A DNA stretch of 34,359 nt from a virus (lineage: Duplodnaviria > Caudoviricetes): positions 1 through 34,359 of IMG/VR virus record IMGVR_UViG_3300022183_000026. One strand, given 5' to 3'. Positions 33,728-34,359 of this stretch are shown in pieces (within the stretch, counting starts at the first letter, position 1; each line of letters starts with the position of its first letter). The notes beneath the pieces are model-generated. The model saw nothing but the letters and a program-made list of their open reading frames with translations, ran no database searches and was not told the origin of the DNA. The translations under genes were made by a program, and so were the position numbers.

Positions 33728-34359
33728 ATGAACCGATTGATCGACGAGCAAATAGAGAAGTACGTCGATGACATAGAGGCGGCATTGACGAAACAGGTCG
33801 AGGAAGCGGCCCAGGTTGCCGCAGGCGGCGACGAAGTTCGCTTTGATACCGAAGCCATAGCCGGACCCGTAGAGGCGTTGTGGCGCGAGTCAGGGCCTTA
33901 CTTCGCGGGGCTTGTATTCAACGCAATCGACCGGGCGCGGAAGGACTTCACCGAGGAACAGTTTTCCGTATGGGAGGAAGCCGTTGCAGACCACATCGCG
34001 CAGAAGACGGGTGAACAGGTCGTGCTGATAAATGACACTACGCGCGAATGGATTCAGAGCGTCATATCGTCAGCGACCGCCGAAGGCATGGGGACCGACG
34101 AGATCGTGCGCGAACTGCGTAGCCGATGGGACGGGCTATCGAAGACCCGCGCCGGACGCATTGCACAGACGGAGATGAATGCCGCCGCCAACTGGGGGAG
34201 CCTTGAAGCGGGCAAGTCCGCAGGGATGACGCGCAAGGAATGGGTTACGGCGGGGGATCGGCGCGTAAGGGATCAGCACAGGCCGCTAAACGGCGAAGTG
34301 GTGGGAATAGACGAAGAATTTTCTAACGGCTTACAGCAGCCCTCGCAGCCGGGAGGTCC
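33728..34359 (+). CDS. MuF/SPP1 gp7-like minor head protein, running off the window end (frame is open from 33614)
   Basis: INDTTRE.I...I..A..EG.G..EI...L....RA.RIAQTE...KEWVTAGD.RVR..H. Confidence 0.9.
   Translation, partial: MNRLIDEQIEKYVDDIEAALTKQVEEAAQVAAGGDEVRFDTEAIAGPVEALWRESGPYFAGLVFNAIDRARKDFTEEQFSVWEEAVADHIAQKTGEQVVLINDTTREWIQSVISSATAEGMGTDEIVRELRSRWDGLSKTRAGRIAQTEMNAAANWGSLEAGKSAGMTRKEWVTAGDRRVRDQHRPLNGEVVGIDEEFSNGLQQPSQPGG
34133..34258 (+). repeat. Exact 126-bp terminal direct repeat, copy 2
   Basis: Identical to 1-126. Confidence 0.95.

Noticed and set aside
1-34359. Stop-codon reassignment
   Set aside because: Genes are intact and tightly coupled under code 11, and TAA, TGA and TAG all serve as stops.

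Overview
This window is an essentially complete, circularly permuted genome of a ~34.1 kb tailed dsDNA phage with siphovirus gene order, roughly 55-58% GC by eye. Bases 1-126 are repeated exactly at 34133-34258; the last 101 nt then continue as a diverged allele of the same gene. Plus strand, reading around the circle: holin, amidase, long fibre, ParB-like protein, Mom-family DNA-modification enzyme, tRNA-Gly-like RNA, TerS, TerL, portal, MuF/gp7 minor head protein, small accessory genes, a C5-cytosine methyltransferase cassette, a protease-capsid fusion, head-tail genes, tail genes (with a glycosyltransferase inside the module) and a metallophosphoesterase. Minus strand (16.3-24.2 kb): small early-type genes, a Sak/Rad52-like annealing protein, HTH proteins, two HNH proteins, an FkbM methyltransferase and two more glycosyltransferases. 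I recognised no integrase, polymerase, primase or helicase. The most notable signal is a Mom-family gene whose stop codon lies inside a tRNA-Gly(TCC)-like RNA. That RNA keeps the GlyRS identity elements but is altered where EF-Tu and the ribosome read it, suggesting a dedicated non-ribosomal glycyl donor for DNA hypermodification. Also notable: a candidate -1 frameshift fusing portal to MuF, an EcoHK31I-type two-frame methyltransferase, and an attenuator-like leader before the capsid gene. All family calls come from motif recognition by eye; no database search was run.
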